DNA from: a virus
Taxonomy: Duplodnaviria > Caudoviricetes
Direction: 5' to 3' (one strand)
IMG/VR virus record: IMGVR_UViG_3300014204_000128
Span: 49,384 to 113,383 of that record
Length of the DNA stretch: 64,000 nucleotides
Positions 9,601-19,186 of this stretch are shown piece by piece. The notes below the pieces were generated by a model. It did not search any database and was not told the DNA's origin. It was given only the letters and a program-made list of their open reading frames with translations. Every line of letters begins with the position of its first letter. Positions within the stretch are counted from its first letter, which is position 1. Made by a program: the position numbers and the translations under genes.

Positions 9601-9981
9601 ATGATTATAGCTGTAGACTTCGATGGTACTCTAGTCAGTCATGAATATCCTGAAATAGGTAAACCATACGATGACGTTTTCAAGTTGTGTATCACTCTTA
9701 AAAGTATGGGTCATGAACTCATATTATTCACGTGTAGAGAGGATTACATATGTGGAAGACCACTGTTATCTGACGCAGTTTCATTTTGTAATAAGAAGGG
9801 TCTGTTTTTCGATGCAGTGAATGAAAACTTGGAAAGACATAAGAATATGGGTATACTATGCAGGAAACCAGTCTGGGATATACTAATTGATGATACAGCA
9901 GGTTTCGAACCATCAAAGTGGGCAGATATACTAGATACTGTCTTAAACAAGAAAACGTATATAAACTCAATAGACATATAA
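9601..9981 (+). CDS. HAD-superfamily phosphatase (BT0820-like)
   Basis: IIAVDFDGT, LILFTCR, FDAVNEN, RKP..DILIDD. Confidence 0.88.
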   Translation: MIIAVDFDGTLVSHEYPEIGKPYDDVFKLCITLKSMGHELILFTCREDYICGRPLLSDAVSFCNKKGLFFDAVNENLERHKNMGILCRKPVWDILIDDTAGFEPSKWADILDTVLNKKTYINSIDI

Positions 9982-9984
9982 AAC

Positions 9985-10332
9985 ATGGGTTCATGGGTAT
10001 CTCCATATTCTGGTAAGGGTACTACAAGTAGGTACACGCTGGAGAAGGTAGGTGTCTACTTCATACGTGACAAGTACACGAAGGAGATAGTGTACATTGG
10101 TATGTCAAGAAGTTCACTGTATAAAGCATCATACAGGCATTTCCAGAATTGGAATACCAGTGTGGGGTACAGGGTAGTGTATTCAGACAGAAATGGGTAT
10201 GAAATTAGATATATATTCATGGATAAGCGTCTGGTGAAGAGAACAGAAAAACGTTTGATACACAAGTTCAAACCACGAGATAACAAGGAAAGGTACGAGT
10301 ATGACAAGCAAGAAGAGCATTGTCCATTTTAA
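9985..10332 (+). CDS. small GIY-YIG nuclease-domain protein
   Basis: GVYFI..YIGMS..R..H; E..LI.KFKP..N. Confidence 0.75.
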   Translation: MGSWVSPYSGKGTTSRYTLEKVGVYFIRDKYTKEIVYIGMSRSSLYKASYRHFQNWNTSVGYRVVYSDRNGYEIRYIFMDKRLVKRTEKRLIHKFKPRDNKERYEYDKQEEHCPF

Positions 10333-10350
10333 CTTAATACAAATTTAATC

Positions 10351-11484
10351 ATGGCAAAAACAAACAAGGTAACGCCTATTTCTGAACTAAGGAAAGCATA
10401 TGGGAGACCAGAAACACAGTATTATGATACTGGTATCTTCTTATTGAATGACATTTGGGGAGGAGGTTTGCCTACGGGTAAGATAATAGAAATACACTCA
10501 GGTGAGGGTCTTGGTAAGACTACAATCATGCTACAGGCATGTAAGTCATTGATAGCGAAACATAACTTGAAGGTGGCTTACTTAGACGTAGAGAACGCAT
10601 TAGATATATCATTAAGGAGCAATTTGGGCATAGTACCATACGAAAGTAATGACGCTGTTGAACCATCTTTCGCTTACCTGTGCCCTTTCACGTACGATGA
10701 GGTGTCTAAGACACTAAACATACTCACTCGGGGTAATTATGATATCATAATCTATGATTCAATAGCCAATACAAGCCTGGACGTGGATGACTCAGAGGAA
10801 GAAGATTTCAAGATAAGCAAGAAACTGGGACAGCACGCATTACTACAGGGTGAGTTATTGAAGATGTTCAAGGGAAGACTAGCACGGTCTGGTAAAACAC
10901 TGGTAATAATAAACCAGATGAGAACTAATATCATTACTAATCCTATGAAAGCTAAGCATGCACCCGAATTGAAGCCTGCTGGTGGTAAGGTTCTAGACCA
11001 TAATTTCGATATAAGAACATCTATAGAACGTGTGGAGTGGATATTCGATGACAGCAAGGTTAAGATGGGGGCTAAACTCAGGTTAACTACAATAAAGAAC
11101 AAGGTGGCTCCTCCATATAGACAAGTAGAACTGGAACTAATATTCGGGTGGGGTATCAACAAGATAACTACACTCTGTACAGTACTGGTGAATAAGAATA
11201 TCGCTGTACGTACCGGGGCTGTTTATACTCTGCCTAATACTGTGAAATGTGTAGGTCTTGAGAAGTTGAAAGACTATATCCGCGAAAACTACGCATTGTG
11301 CTTGTCATTCGTCGGTGATAGTTCATATCAAGTGAACATACTAGGAGAGAAGATAGAAGAAGGGGCAGCCGTAGATAAAACAGCAGACGGGAAGGAAATA
11401 GTCATAAAGGAGGATGCCGAAACGGGCGGGGTCTCGTATAATGAACTGGAAGAATCATTTAAACAACCAACCAAAAGAAGATGA
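10351..11484 (+). CDS. recA: RecA/UvsX-like recombinase
   Basis: GGGLPTGKIIEIHSGEGLGKTT, YLDVENALD, IIYDSIA, IINQMR, GGKVL, KNKVAPPY. Confidence 0.92.
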   Translation: MAKTNKVTPISELRKAYGRPETQYYDTGIFLLNDIWGGGLPTGKIIEIHSGEGLGKTTIMLQACKSLIAKHNLKVAYLDVENALDISLRSNLGIVPYESNDAVEPSFAYLCPFTYDEVSKTLNILTRGNYDIIIYDSIANTSLDVDDSEEEDFKISKKLGQHALLQGELLKMFKGRLARSGKTLVIINQMRTNIITNPMKAKHAPELKPAGGKVLDHNFDIRTSIERVEWIFDDSKVKMGAKLRLTTIKNKVAPPYRQVELELIFGWGINKITTLCTVLVNKNIAVRTGAVYTLPNTVKCVGLEKLKDYIRENYALCLSFVGDSSYQVNILGEKIEEGAAVDKTADGKEIVIKEDAETGGVSYNELEESFKQPTKRR

Positions 11485-12407
11485 GTAACTTATTCGGAAA
11501 TCCCCACCTGGAAACTAAACGTAGTCTGAACGACTACTTCATAGTTAAACCTTTCTCGGTTCTCAATACAATGGAACAAGGGTGGATGAGAAGGAAAGCA
11601 TGGTGGTGTGAAATAATAACAAACAGGGGTAAGTCACGTGAAAGTGTCCTTTTCAAGAAGTCTGGAAAGGAGACTACAAAACTGGGTAACACTATACAGA
11701 CATTTAACAACGGAGTATCATTGTTTGACCCAGTACTATCAGAAGCAATGGTAAGATGGTTCTCCGAGAAAGGTTGGGTCATACTAGACCCATTCGCAGG
11801 TGATGAGTCAAGGGGTTTCGTTTCTTGTTATTTAGAAAGGAACTACGTGGGTATAGAGTTGAGACAGGAACAGGTGAACTTAAACAGGGACAGAGTTAAA
11901 GAAGCTGGGTTAACGGGTTACAAATATATTTGTGATACATCTCTTAATATGGACAAACACGTCCCAATGGAAGCGGTAGACATGATACTTACATGCCCTC
12001 CTTACGCATTCTTAGAAAAGTACTCTGACAATCCTGAAGATTTGTCAAATATGTCTGTTGAAGACTTTTTCAGGGTGTACGACCATATACTAAATAAGAC
12101 ATACAGTGTATTAAAGAATAACAGGTTCGCTGTTGTAGTGGTATCTGAAGTAAGAGACAAGACTGGGGGATACATAGGTCTGGTAAATAAGACTATAGAA
12201 TCGATGGAGAAAGCTGGATACATGTACTACAACGAAATAATACTGCTTAACAATGTAGGAACACTCCGTTTCAGGGTAGGTAACCAGATGAACAGTGGAA
12301 GAAAAATAGGCAGGTTACACCAGAACGTCCTAGTATTCTACAAGGGTAATGCATCAAAGATAAAGGAAAACTTTTCAAAACTAATAGGTGATGACAACGA
12401 AGAATAA
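11481..12407 (+). CDS. DNA amino-methyltransferase (N4-C/N6-A)
   Basis: LDPFAG (motif I), GIEL, TCPPY (variant motif IV), HQNVLVFYKG. Confidence 0.85.
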   Translation: MSNLFGNPHLETKRSLNDYFIVKPFSVLNTMEQGWMRRKAWWCEIITNRGKSRESVLFKKSGKETTKLGNTIQTFNNGVSLFDPVLSEAMVRWFSEKGWVILDPFAGDESRGFVSCYLERNYVGIELRQEQVNLNRDRVKEAGLTGYKYICDTSLNMDKHVPMEAVDMILTCPPYAFLEKYSDNPEDLSNMSVEDFFRVYDHILNKTYSVLKNNRFAVVVVSEVRDKTGGYIGLVNKTIESMEKAGYMYYNEIILLNNVGTLRFRVGNQMNSGRKIGRLHQNVLVFYKGNASKIKENFSKLIGDDNEE

Positions 12408-13266
12408 TGTGACTGCTTTGACCCCTATAATACCATACGCTACAGTACTAGTTAAGAGGGAAGACATGTATGTAGAGGGTATGGTTAACGGAGGCAAGGT
12501 CAGGCAGTGCAGGATGTTGTTGGAGAATAATATAGACTTAATAAGAAATAGTTACGGTGGTCGTGTGGTGTGTTCAGTACATTTGCAGAGTCCACAGTCT
12601 GCAATTGTATCTCACGTGTGCAAGACACTAGGATTGGAATGTCATATAGTGGCTTACGGAACAACGGTTCCAAATACCCAGTTATCAATGGCAAAGAGGA
12701 ACGGCGCTATACTGTACGGTACTAAAAGTCCATACAGGACTACGCACGAGTTCATAATAAAGAACTATTTTTCTGACTGTTACTGGGTAAGGATGGGATT
12801 CGTTGATGACTCAATAGTTAACGCTACTCTGGCACAAGTGGAGAACATACCAGATTACTTGGATTATTTAGTTCTACCCATAGGAAGTGGGATAAACGCT
12901 GTCTCTGTAGTCAAGGGGTTAGAAAAGTATAATAAGAGTGTAAAGAATGTTATCGGTGTGTGGGTCGGTAAGAACAGAGAGCAGTTATTCAGGACAATGT
13001 TGGGTGAAGAATTAACTAGCAAGATAAAACTGGTTAAGGCTCATGTTGACTACAATACACATATTGACGTCGGTGTAGATTTCATTGATAGTGTATACGA
13101 GGCAAAAGCATGGCATTACATGACTGAGAACATAGACACAAAAGTAAACAAGGTGCTGTTCTGGGTCGTGGGTACACGTAATGATACTAACGGGACTGAA
13201 GAACTTGTATGGCATGATGCTAAAGAACGTGTTAAGTTCCGTATGTTTTCCAGGGGTGTTCAATAA
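12388..13266 (+). CDS. PLP-dependent fold-type II enzyme (ACC deaminase / D-cysteine desulfhydrase-like)
   Basis: LTPI..VLVKREDM..NGGKVRQ (PLP lysine), QSPQ, LPIGSGIN phosphate loop, D.VYEAKA, VLFWVVG. Confidence 0.8.
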   Translation: MMTTKNNVTALTPIIPYATVLVKREDMYVEGMVNGGKVRQCRMLLENNIDLIRNSYGGRVVCSVHLQSPQSAIVSHVCKTLGLECHIVAYGTTVPNTQLSMAKRNGAILYGTKSPYRTTHEFIIKNYFSDCYWVRMGFVDDSIVNATLAQVENIPDYLDYLVLPIGSGINAVSVVKGLEKYNKSVKNVIGVWVGKNREQLFRTMLGEELTSKIKLVKAHVDYNTHIDVGVDFIDSVYEAKAWHYMTENIDTKVNKVLFWVVGTRNDTNGTEELVWHDAKERVKFRMFSRGVQ

Positions 13267-13329
13267 AATATAAATAGTTGGTTAAGTTATAAAAATACTT
13301 TCACATACATATTTTGTAAAAATTGTATA

Positions 13330-13355
13330 AAAAATTTACAATAGATTTATATATT
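13330..13355 (+). promoter_or_regulatory. putative late promoter (AAAAA-NTT-N9-TTATATATT)
   Basis: One of six near-identically spaced copies of the motif. Confidence 0.65.
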
Positions 13356-13360
13356 GTTTG

Positions 13361-13440
13361 TGAAGACCACTTCTTTGTAGCAGTCCAGTAACTGCCGTTC
13401 CAGGTTGAGCCGACTATTTCCGTAAATAGTCGGCTTTTTT
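13361..13440 (+). ncRNA. candidate late-expressed small RNA (~80 nt)
   Basis: ORF-free GC-richer segment between a late-promoter motif and an intrinsic terminator. Confidence 0.5.
13408..13440 (+). terminator. rho-independent terminator
   Basis: 12-bp stem AGCCGACTATTT/AAATAGTCGGCT followed by a T-run. Confidence 0.85.
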
Positions 13441-13441
13441 A

Positions 13442-13451
13442 TTCGTATAAT
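13442..13451 (+). promoter_or_regulatory. putative middle/replication-class promoter (TTCGTATAAT)
   Basis: Same motif at 28330 and a variant at 17616; each precedes replication genes. Confidence 0.5.
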
Positions 13452-14869
13452 TGAAAAACATTAATGATATGGCAATTAAGGTAATAATAAGGCAGTTCGA
13501 AATAATAGAGGATGCAAAGTTAGTTCTGGATGGTTTGGTCGCACTTGTCGGAGAATCAAATAATGGTAAGACAGCAACATATAATGCATTGAAGGTGCTA
13601 ACATATAACATACAAGGCACTGGTTACATCAGGAAGATAAATGGTAAACCATACCCAGCAGGTTGCTCTGTTGGTATACGTTTTGATGATACTAATTCAG
13701 AAGTAACTTTCGAGAAATCTACATCACCTGTATACACGTTGAAAGTAGGAGACAGCAAACAGGTATTCGACAAAGCAGGCAGGGGACCAACACCTGAAGA
13801 TGTTTCGTTATTATTGAACATGGTTCCACTTGACATAGATGGTCTCTCAGTTAACTTGAACTTTGCTGACCAACTAGAAGAACCATTGCTACGTAAGTTG
13901 ACAGACTTCCAACTGTACAAGCTGGCTGTAAAGTCATCAGATGGGGAAAAGATACAGGAGGCTATTGCATTATGTAGGAAAGATACAGATGAAAAAGCAA
14001 AGGAACTTGTAAGGAAAGAAGAAGAAATAGTGGTACAGAAGAAGAGTAAGTTATCTCTAATAGCAGACTTGGACAGGTATTCAAATCTTATTGACATAAA
14101 GGTTGACTATGAGGTGTATGATAAAATATGCAGGGTTTTACCTTATGTGATCACAATGGAAGGACAATACTCAGGCATAGTTAATAGCATATCAACGGTT
14201 GATGCTAATCTATCATTGTTTGAAAAACACGGTGTCATTTTCAGGAACTATGATGTTGCTAAGAAACTAATAGCAACACTTAATTATGTTGTATCAGTAA
14301 GTGATGACTATGAAAAGATAGTAACTAATATAAATGTAACAGAAAAGAAATTAGATTCTTTGAACAAACTCAATGACTTAGAGAAAGAAAAAATATCTTA
14401 CACACTGGGGGTTGGGAAATTAAGACTAGCACTAGAATATAATAATAGTTTGCTTAATATAGAAGCGGAATCTAATATTGTAAGTACTGGATTAACAACC
14501 CTAGGCAATAACCTTTCTACTTTGACTAATGATCTAATGTCATATAAAGACAGTGTAAAGAAATTATCAGATACAGTCTCGTTTAAAGAAGAGTACGAAA
14601 GTATATCAAATAGAATAAATTCAGTAACAAGTCAACTAGAAACGTATACAGACATAAGTGGTTTCGACAAGTACAAGAAAACATGCACAAGTTTGAATAT
14701 ACTACCAGTTCTCGGTAATCAGCAACAAATGGTATCTAAGAGATTATGTGGTATAGAAGAAGAATTGAAACTAATAGAAACTGATAGGGCATCTACTCAA
14801 TACATGATCGATAATCATGTTTGTCCTGTATGTGGTATGGATGAAACAGGTAAAAAATGTAATCATTAA
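13451..14869 (+). CDS. SbcC/Rad50/gp46-like ATPase, N-terminal half (true start probably ATG at ~13469)
   Basis: Walker A GESNNGKT, Q-loop NFADQ, long coiled coil ending in a CPVC zinc hook. Confidence 0.82.
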   Translation: MKNINDMAIKVIIRQFEIIEDAKLVLDGLVALVGESNNGKTATYNALKVLTYNIQGTGYIRKINGKPYPAGCSVGIRFDDTNSEVTFEKSTSPVYTLKVGDSKQVFDKAGRGPTPEDVSLLLNMVPLDIDGLSVNLNFADQLEEPLLRKLTDFQLYKLAVKSSDGEKIQEAIALCRKDTDEKAKELVRKEEEIVVQKKSKLSLIADLDRYSNLIDIKVDYEVYDKICRVLPYVITMEGQYSGIVNSISTVDANLSLFEKHGVIFRNYDVAKKLIATLNYVVSVSDDYEKIVTNINVTEKKLDSLNKLNDLEKEKISYTLGVGKLRLALEYNNSLLNIEAESNIVSTGLTTLGNNLSTLTNDLMSYKDSVKKLSDTVSFKEEYESISNRINSVTSQLETYTDISGFDKYKKTCTSLNILPVLGNQQQMVSKRLCGIEEELKLIETDRASTQYMIDNHVCPVCGMDETGKKCNH

Positions 14870-14880
14870 AATAAAATAGT

Positions 14881-15201
14881 ATGGCAGATTTTAACACAAA
14901 TGCAACTGAGTTCAACAGCAACCTAGTAGCAAGGATAGAAGCATTATCAAGGAAAAAAGAAGCATTGTTAACTGAAAAGTCAATGTTGGACAAACAGAAG
15001 GCAGACTTGTCTGAAAAGATAAAAGCCCAGGGTTTCGATCCAGACAAATTACCGGATGAGATAAATAAGCTCACTGTAGCAAAACAGACGTTTGAAGCAA
15101 AAGCTCTGCCAATATTGGAGGAACTAGAAAAAGGAGTTCAGACAATGAACAATACATCACATGCAGTAGGGGCGTTTCCAGGATTTGAAAACATGATGTA
15201 A
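14881..15201 (+). CDS. coiled-coil protein (probable middle piece of split SbcC)
   Basis: Heptad-rich ORF between the two SbcC halves. Confidence 0.6.
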   Translation: MADFNTNATEFNSNLVARIEALSRKKEALLTEKSMLDKQKADLSEKIKAQGFDPDKLPDEINKLTVAKQTFEAKALPILEELEKGVQTMNNTSHAVGAFPGFENMM

Positions 15202-15836
15202 TGGAAACACAGTCTATACGTGACAGGTGTTTCAACTTATACATAAGACACGATGAAATACTGCGTCAGAAGAAGAACATCGAGGTAATAATAGAAGGTT
15301 TGGAGGGTGAAGTTAAGAAGATAGCATCTGACAAGCAGGAACTAGATGAAGTGTGGGAAACACTCAGGGACTTGCTTGACAAATTCTCGGCTGAATCTAT
15401 ATGCATGCTCAAGGAGCTACTTAACAAGGGTCTCAAATCTATATTCCAGGACAGGGACTACGAGATAAACGTGTCTATAAGTGATACAAAGAACAAGAAG
15501 TTGAAGTTGTTACTGGTTGAACACACAGAAACAGGAATGGTAGAGGTAGAACTAGGTTCAGGTACTCTACTGATGAATGGTGGTGGTGTTCTAGTAGTGG
15601 TATCATTTATATTTCAAGTGTTCTTGATAGTCATGTACGGGAAGAGAAAATTCATGTGTATAGATGAAGGGTTCACTAACATTTCATCAACATACGTGGA
15701 GGGTTTCTTCAAATTTTTAAAGTACTTGCATACTGAAATGGGTTTCACATTCTTAATGGTAAACCATGACCAACGGTTCATGCCTTACTTCGATAAAGTT
15801 TACGATGTATCAATGGGTAAGATAACAGCAAAATAA
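15201..15836 (+). CDS. SbcC/Rad50-like ATPase, C-terminal half
   Basis: Signature-like MNGGG, Walker B/D-loop MCIDEGFTNIS, H-loop LMVNH. Confidence 0.82.
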   Translation: METQSIRDRCFNLYIRHDEILRQKKNIEVIIEGLEGEVKKIASDKQELDEVWETLRDLLDKFSAESICMLKELLNKGLKSIFQDRDYEINVSISDTKNKKLKLLLVEHTETGMVEVELGSGTLLMNGGGVLVVVSFIFQVFLIVMYGKRKFMCIDEGFTNISSTYVEGFFKFLKYLHTEMGFTFLMVNHDQRFMPYFDKVYDVSMGKITAK

Positions 15837-16014
15837 TACTAACTATGTTAAATGAAGGCAGGCTTGACATACTAGAAAATATAAAGGAAAGGTATGAAAA
15901 GAACGTGGAATATTTATCAACACTTGAAGATAGAGATCCTGACAAGGGGAAACTAGAATATAATAAGACAAGACTATCAGAAATTATACAACTCATAAAT
16001 AAAATAAAGTCATA

Positions 16015-16353
16015 ATGTGCGAAAATGAAAAAGTTTTAGAAACACTATACATGTCACTGCGTAAACCAGCACATACTGAAGTAGGTGTATCTAGGTCTAC
16101 ATTACAGGAAGCAGGGTGGGATGGTACAATGCCAACACAGGTTTTCACAAAGTTTGAACAGTACTGGGTAAGGTTCGTTCCTGTACATCACACGTATAAG
16201 ATAATAAAAGTAGAACGGTGGATGCTGGAACAAAAATCAGAACAACAGGTTGATATGAACGCACCTCTGCCTATATCAGGCAAACCCAAATTCAATTTGA
16301 AAGAAATGTACAAGACACAAGTAAAAGATGGAGACAAACCAAAGACAGAATAA
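16015..16353 (+). CDS. hypothetical protein
   Basis: 112-aa ORF within the operon. Confidence 0.6.
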   Translation: MCENEKVLETLYMSLRKPAHTEVGVSRSTLQEAGWDGTMPTQVFTKFEQYWVRFVPVHHTYKIIKVERWMLEQKSEQQVDMNAPLPISGKPKFNLKEMYKTQVKDGDKPKTE

Positions 16354-16687
16354 AAGTGTGAGCAATCCACATACTATTGTAGTTGGGATGTCTGTATTAG
16401 TCACACACTGGTACAGATCACGTGCCCTTGAGTATAGAGTTACTCGACTGGACAATGATTACTTTTACACAACTGGTGGTTTCAAATTTAATTTGCAAAC
16501 ATTAATACAGGATAACGGGGGTTATGCTCCCTTATACACTCTTTATCTATCACAAGAAGATTACAAGCAAAAGATGATAGAAGAAGAATTAAGAAATGAA
16601 TTAAAGACTCTTATAAAGAGTAACTATTTTGACAAGTCAAGCATAGATATTGTAAAGAAGGTATTAAATCTGATAAAAAATCCATAA
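16328..16687 (+). CDS. hypothetical protein (SH3/KOW-like beta barrel)
   Basis: VGMSVLV...VTRL..DYFYT pattern. Confidence 0.6.
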   Translation: METNQRQNKSVSNPHTIVVGMSVLVTHWYRSRALEYRVTRLDNDYFYTTGGFKFNLQTLIQDNGGYAPLYTLYLSQEDYKQKMIEEELRNELKTLIKSNYFDKSSIDIVKKVLNLIKNP

Positions 16688-16688
16688 T

Positions 16689-17612
16689 ATGAAATTTTAC
16701 TTTGCAACGGACATACACTTATCCTCTGTTATTCCCGGGGCACGTATAGATAACTATACTGAAACAGTGTTCTCAAAGATAGAATACTTACTTGAACAAT
16801 GTAGTAAGGACAAAGCAGTTCTGTTACTAGGGGGCGACTTGTTCATGACACCAACACAACCTGACTGGATAAAGAATAGATTAAAAGACTTGATACTCAA
16901 ATACAGTGTCAGGGTTATATCTATAGTTGGGAACCACGACCTAGTTCATTACAATGTCGATTATATAGAGAGGACATCATTCCAGACACTCGTTAGTCCT
17001 GGAATTATAGACTTCCTGCACCCCCTTAGTAATAGTTACATACAGATAGATGACTGGAAGATAGTGGGGCACGCTTTCGCACAGAATTTCCCAGTGGACG
17101 GTGGGGTAATAGATAGCAAGACTATCGTGCTGTCTCATTGCTTTTATGACTACAGTAAAGAGGATAAGTTATCGGTTCACAGGCAAGAAGTGTACAGGTC
17201 AGGTGCTAAATTCATTTGCTTCGGTCACGATCACAACCAATATCCTGTTGAAGATAATAATGGGACACTAGTAGTAAGACCTGGAGCACTCACAAGGGGG
17301 ACATCTCATACAGAAAATAGGGTAAGACAGGTAGGTTACGCAATTATAGACACGGATACATTACAAGTAACATATGCAAGTATACCGTTCGCAATGGGTT
17401 TCAAGGAAGTATTCAGGGAAAAATATGATGTTGAAAGGGTTCGGGAACCAATAACGTTTGCAGAAATACAGTCTTTTATTGATGAACTCAGGAATGCCAA
17501 ACTAGACGTGAATCCATACAACATACTGCTAAATTTGAATAAAAGGGAAGTTATAGTCAGGAAGTGTACTAACTACTTAGAAGCAGTAGGTTTGATAAAT
17601 GAAGGGGCTTGA
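16689..17612 (+). CDS. SbcD/Mre11/gp47-like metallophosphoesterase nuclease
   Basis: TDIH, GGDLF, VGNHD, SH, FGHDH, PGALTR. Confidence 0.9.
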   Translation: MKFYFATDIHLSSVIPGARIDNYTETVFSKIEYLLEQCSKDKAVLLLGGDLFMTPTQPDWIKNRLKDLILKYSVRVISIVGNHDLVHYNVDYIERTSFQTLVSPGIIDFLHPLSNSYIQIDDWKIVGHAFAQNFPVDGGVIDSKTIVLSHCFYDYSKEDKLSVHRQEVYRSGAKFICFGHDHNQYPVEDNNGTLVVRPGALTRGTSHTENRVRQVGYAIIDTDTLQVTYASIPFAMGFKEVFREKYDVERVREPITFAEIQSFIDELRNAKLDVNPYNILLNLNKREVIVRKCTNYLEAVGLINEGA

Positions 17613-17615
17613 TAT

Positions 17616-17627
17616 TTCGTATATAAT
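17616..17627 (+). promoter_or_regulatory. variant middle-class promoter motif (TTCGTATATAAT)
   Basis: Intergenic; resembles the TTCGTATAAT copies. Confidence 0.4.
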
Positions 17628-17652
17628 TAGTTAATAGGTAAATCTTGAAAAG

Positions 17653-18906
17653 ATGGTAGAAGGTGATAAACTTAAAGAGTTCTCATTTGATGATGAACAG
17701 AAAACAGAAGGAACAGTTCCAATGGGAACTGTAGTAAGTGATGATGCTGTATTAAAAGAAACAGTCGAAAAGGCAATGACTGAAGAAAAGGTAGAAAGGG
17801 ACTTTGATAATTTCATGACATTCTCAGAAGGTTTACCTAGTATAGTATTCGACAAGAGAGACATTGCTCATTTCGTGGACATGGTAGGTTACCATTCAAG
17901 ACTGGGGTATGATAACTACACGCTATCATTCAAACTAGATACAGAGGGTTACGACAAAACAGGTACGGTTAAACTAGTCTATAATAACGGTACTGTACTG
18001 TGTATATCTGAAGTTAAAGTCAAGATGTCAGGAGTTGTTTCCAATTTCATAATCTCAGTTGAAACAATGTTGAAAGTATTCTCAGCAAGCCATGGGTACA
18101 TGTTCTTATTCGAGGAGAACTCAAATATATACGGGTATGTTCTCGGTGGTAGGGTATACTTAGAAACATATAAGGTCACAGTAGACATATGTGCAAAGGA
18201 ATACTTGATGGAGCAAATGAGTACTAGTGTGATTGAAGAGACTTCTACGGATCAGAAGTTTATCAGCACGCTTAAAATGCTTTACGAGGTTGTCAAGTCA
18301 GGTTCTCGCATAGAAGAGAAAGCAATATATTTCGAAAAAGACGCGACGTACATATACGCTGGAATAGTCATGGGAATGTTCGAAGGTCTCGGTTTGAAAC
18401 TTACATTGCAGGACATAGATATCAACACGTTATCAAAATATTTCTTTGACACTGAAGGTATAATTAAAATCAACGACCATGGCATATTCCTGAAATTCAC
18501 TTCAAACGGTCGTGAAGTATACTTGCAGAAACGTGGCTTGACACTATCAGATGACATGAAGTATACTGATTTCTCTGGTAAGGGTAGTATACAGGTTCCA
18601 ATATCTAGTGTGAACTCCATAGTATCATTCCTTATAGGTATGTCTAATAATACGGGCATTGCTAGTCTTGAAAGTGAAAATGACAACCTTAAAATAACAT
18701 GTTACCAGAAATCGTTGTGTGATAAATCGCTGTTCTCAATAAAAGGTCCATCAGTAGGTGATGGGTTATCCGAAATAAAAGTGCCACTGTCTACTTTAAA
18801 GACGTTCACAAAAGTATTCAATAGTCAGGTAACATTCAGGAACAACGGTTCCAAGTTGTACCTTAGTGGTATCGAAGGTAAATTAGTAATATTCGGAAAT
18901 CAGTAA
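17653..18906 (+). CDS. putative DNA sliding clamp (DnaN-like)
   Basis: Size, repeated alpha/beta pattern, and a DnaX-like loader elsewhere in the window. No diagnostic motif, so the function is tentative. Confidence 0.4.
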   Translation: MVEGDKLKEFSFDDEQKTEGTVPMGTVVSDDAVLKETVEKAMTEEKVERDFDNFMTFSEGLPSIVFDKRDIAHFVDMVGYHSRLGYDNYTLSFKLDTEGYDKTGTVKLVYNNGTVLCISEVKVKMSGVVSNFIISVETMLKVFSASHGYMFLFEENSNIYGYVLGGRVYLETYKVTVDICAKEYLMEQMSTSVIEETSTDQKFISTLKMLYEVVKSGSRIEEKAIYFEKDATYIYAGIVMGMFEGLGLKLTLQDIDINTLSKYFFDTEGIIKINDHGIFLKFTSNGREVYLQKRGLTLSDDMKYTDFSGKGSIQVPISSVNSIVSFLIGMSNNTGIASLESENDNLKITCYQKSLCDKSLFSIKGPSVGDGLSEIKVPLSTLKTFTKVFNSQVTFRNNGSKLYLSGIEGKLVIFGNQ

Positions 18907-18909
18907 TAT

Positions 18910-19182
18910 ATGAGCAATACAGGGAAATCTTTAACAGTCACGATGTGCTTGTTATCTCGTTTGAAAGAACGGGACAACAAGGACAAAGTTTTAGATGCCG
19001 TGCAAAACATATTAGTAGGCTCGGGGGTATGTACAGAAAAGGAAATATTAGAAGTGGAACAAAGATTCTCTGAGTTCATAAACATGGTGTTAAGTGGTAT
19101 AAATGAACGGAGTTTAACATACGACGAGTCATATAAGAAAGCGCAAAGTAAGTATCCAGAATTCAAAATTAATCCTAATTGA
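18910..19182 (+). CDS. hypothetical protein
   Basis: 90-aa ORF in a tightly packed operon. Confidence 0.65.
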   Translation: MSNTGKSLTVTMCLLSRLKERDNKDKVLDAVQNILVGSGVCTEKEILEVEQRFSEFINMVLSGINERSLTYDESYKKAQSKYPEFKINPN

Positions 19183-19186
19183 AATT

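Noticed and set aside
5362-15836. A complete Dnd phosphorothioation system (PLP enzyme + PAPS-reductase + ParB-like + SMC ATPase)
   Set aside because: The genes are not one operon. The PLP enzyme is fold-type II rather than IscS/DndA-like, and the ATPase is explained by its SbcD partner.
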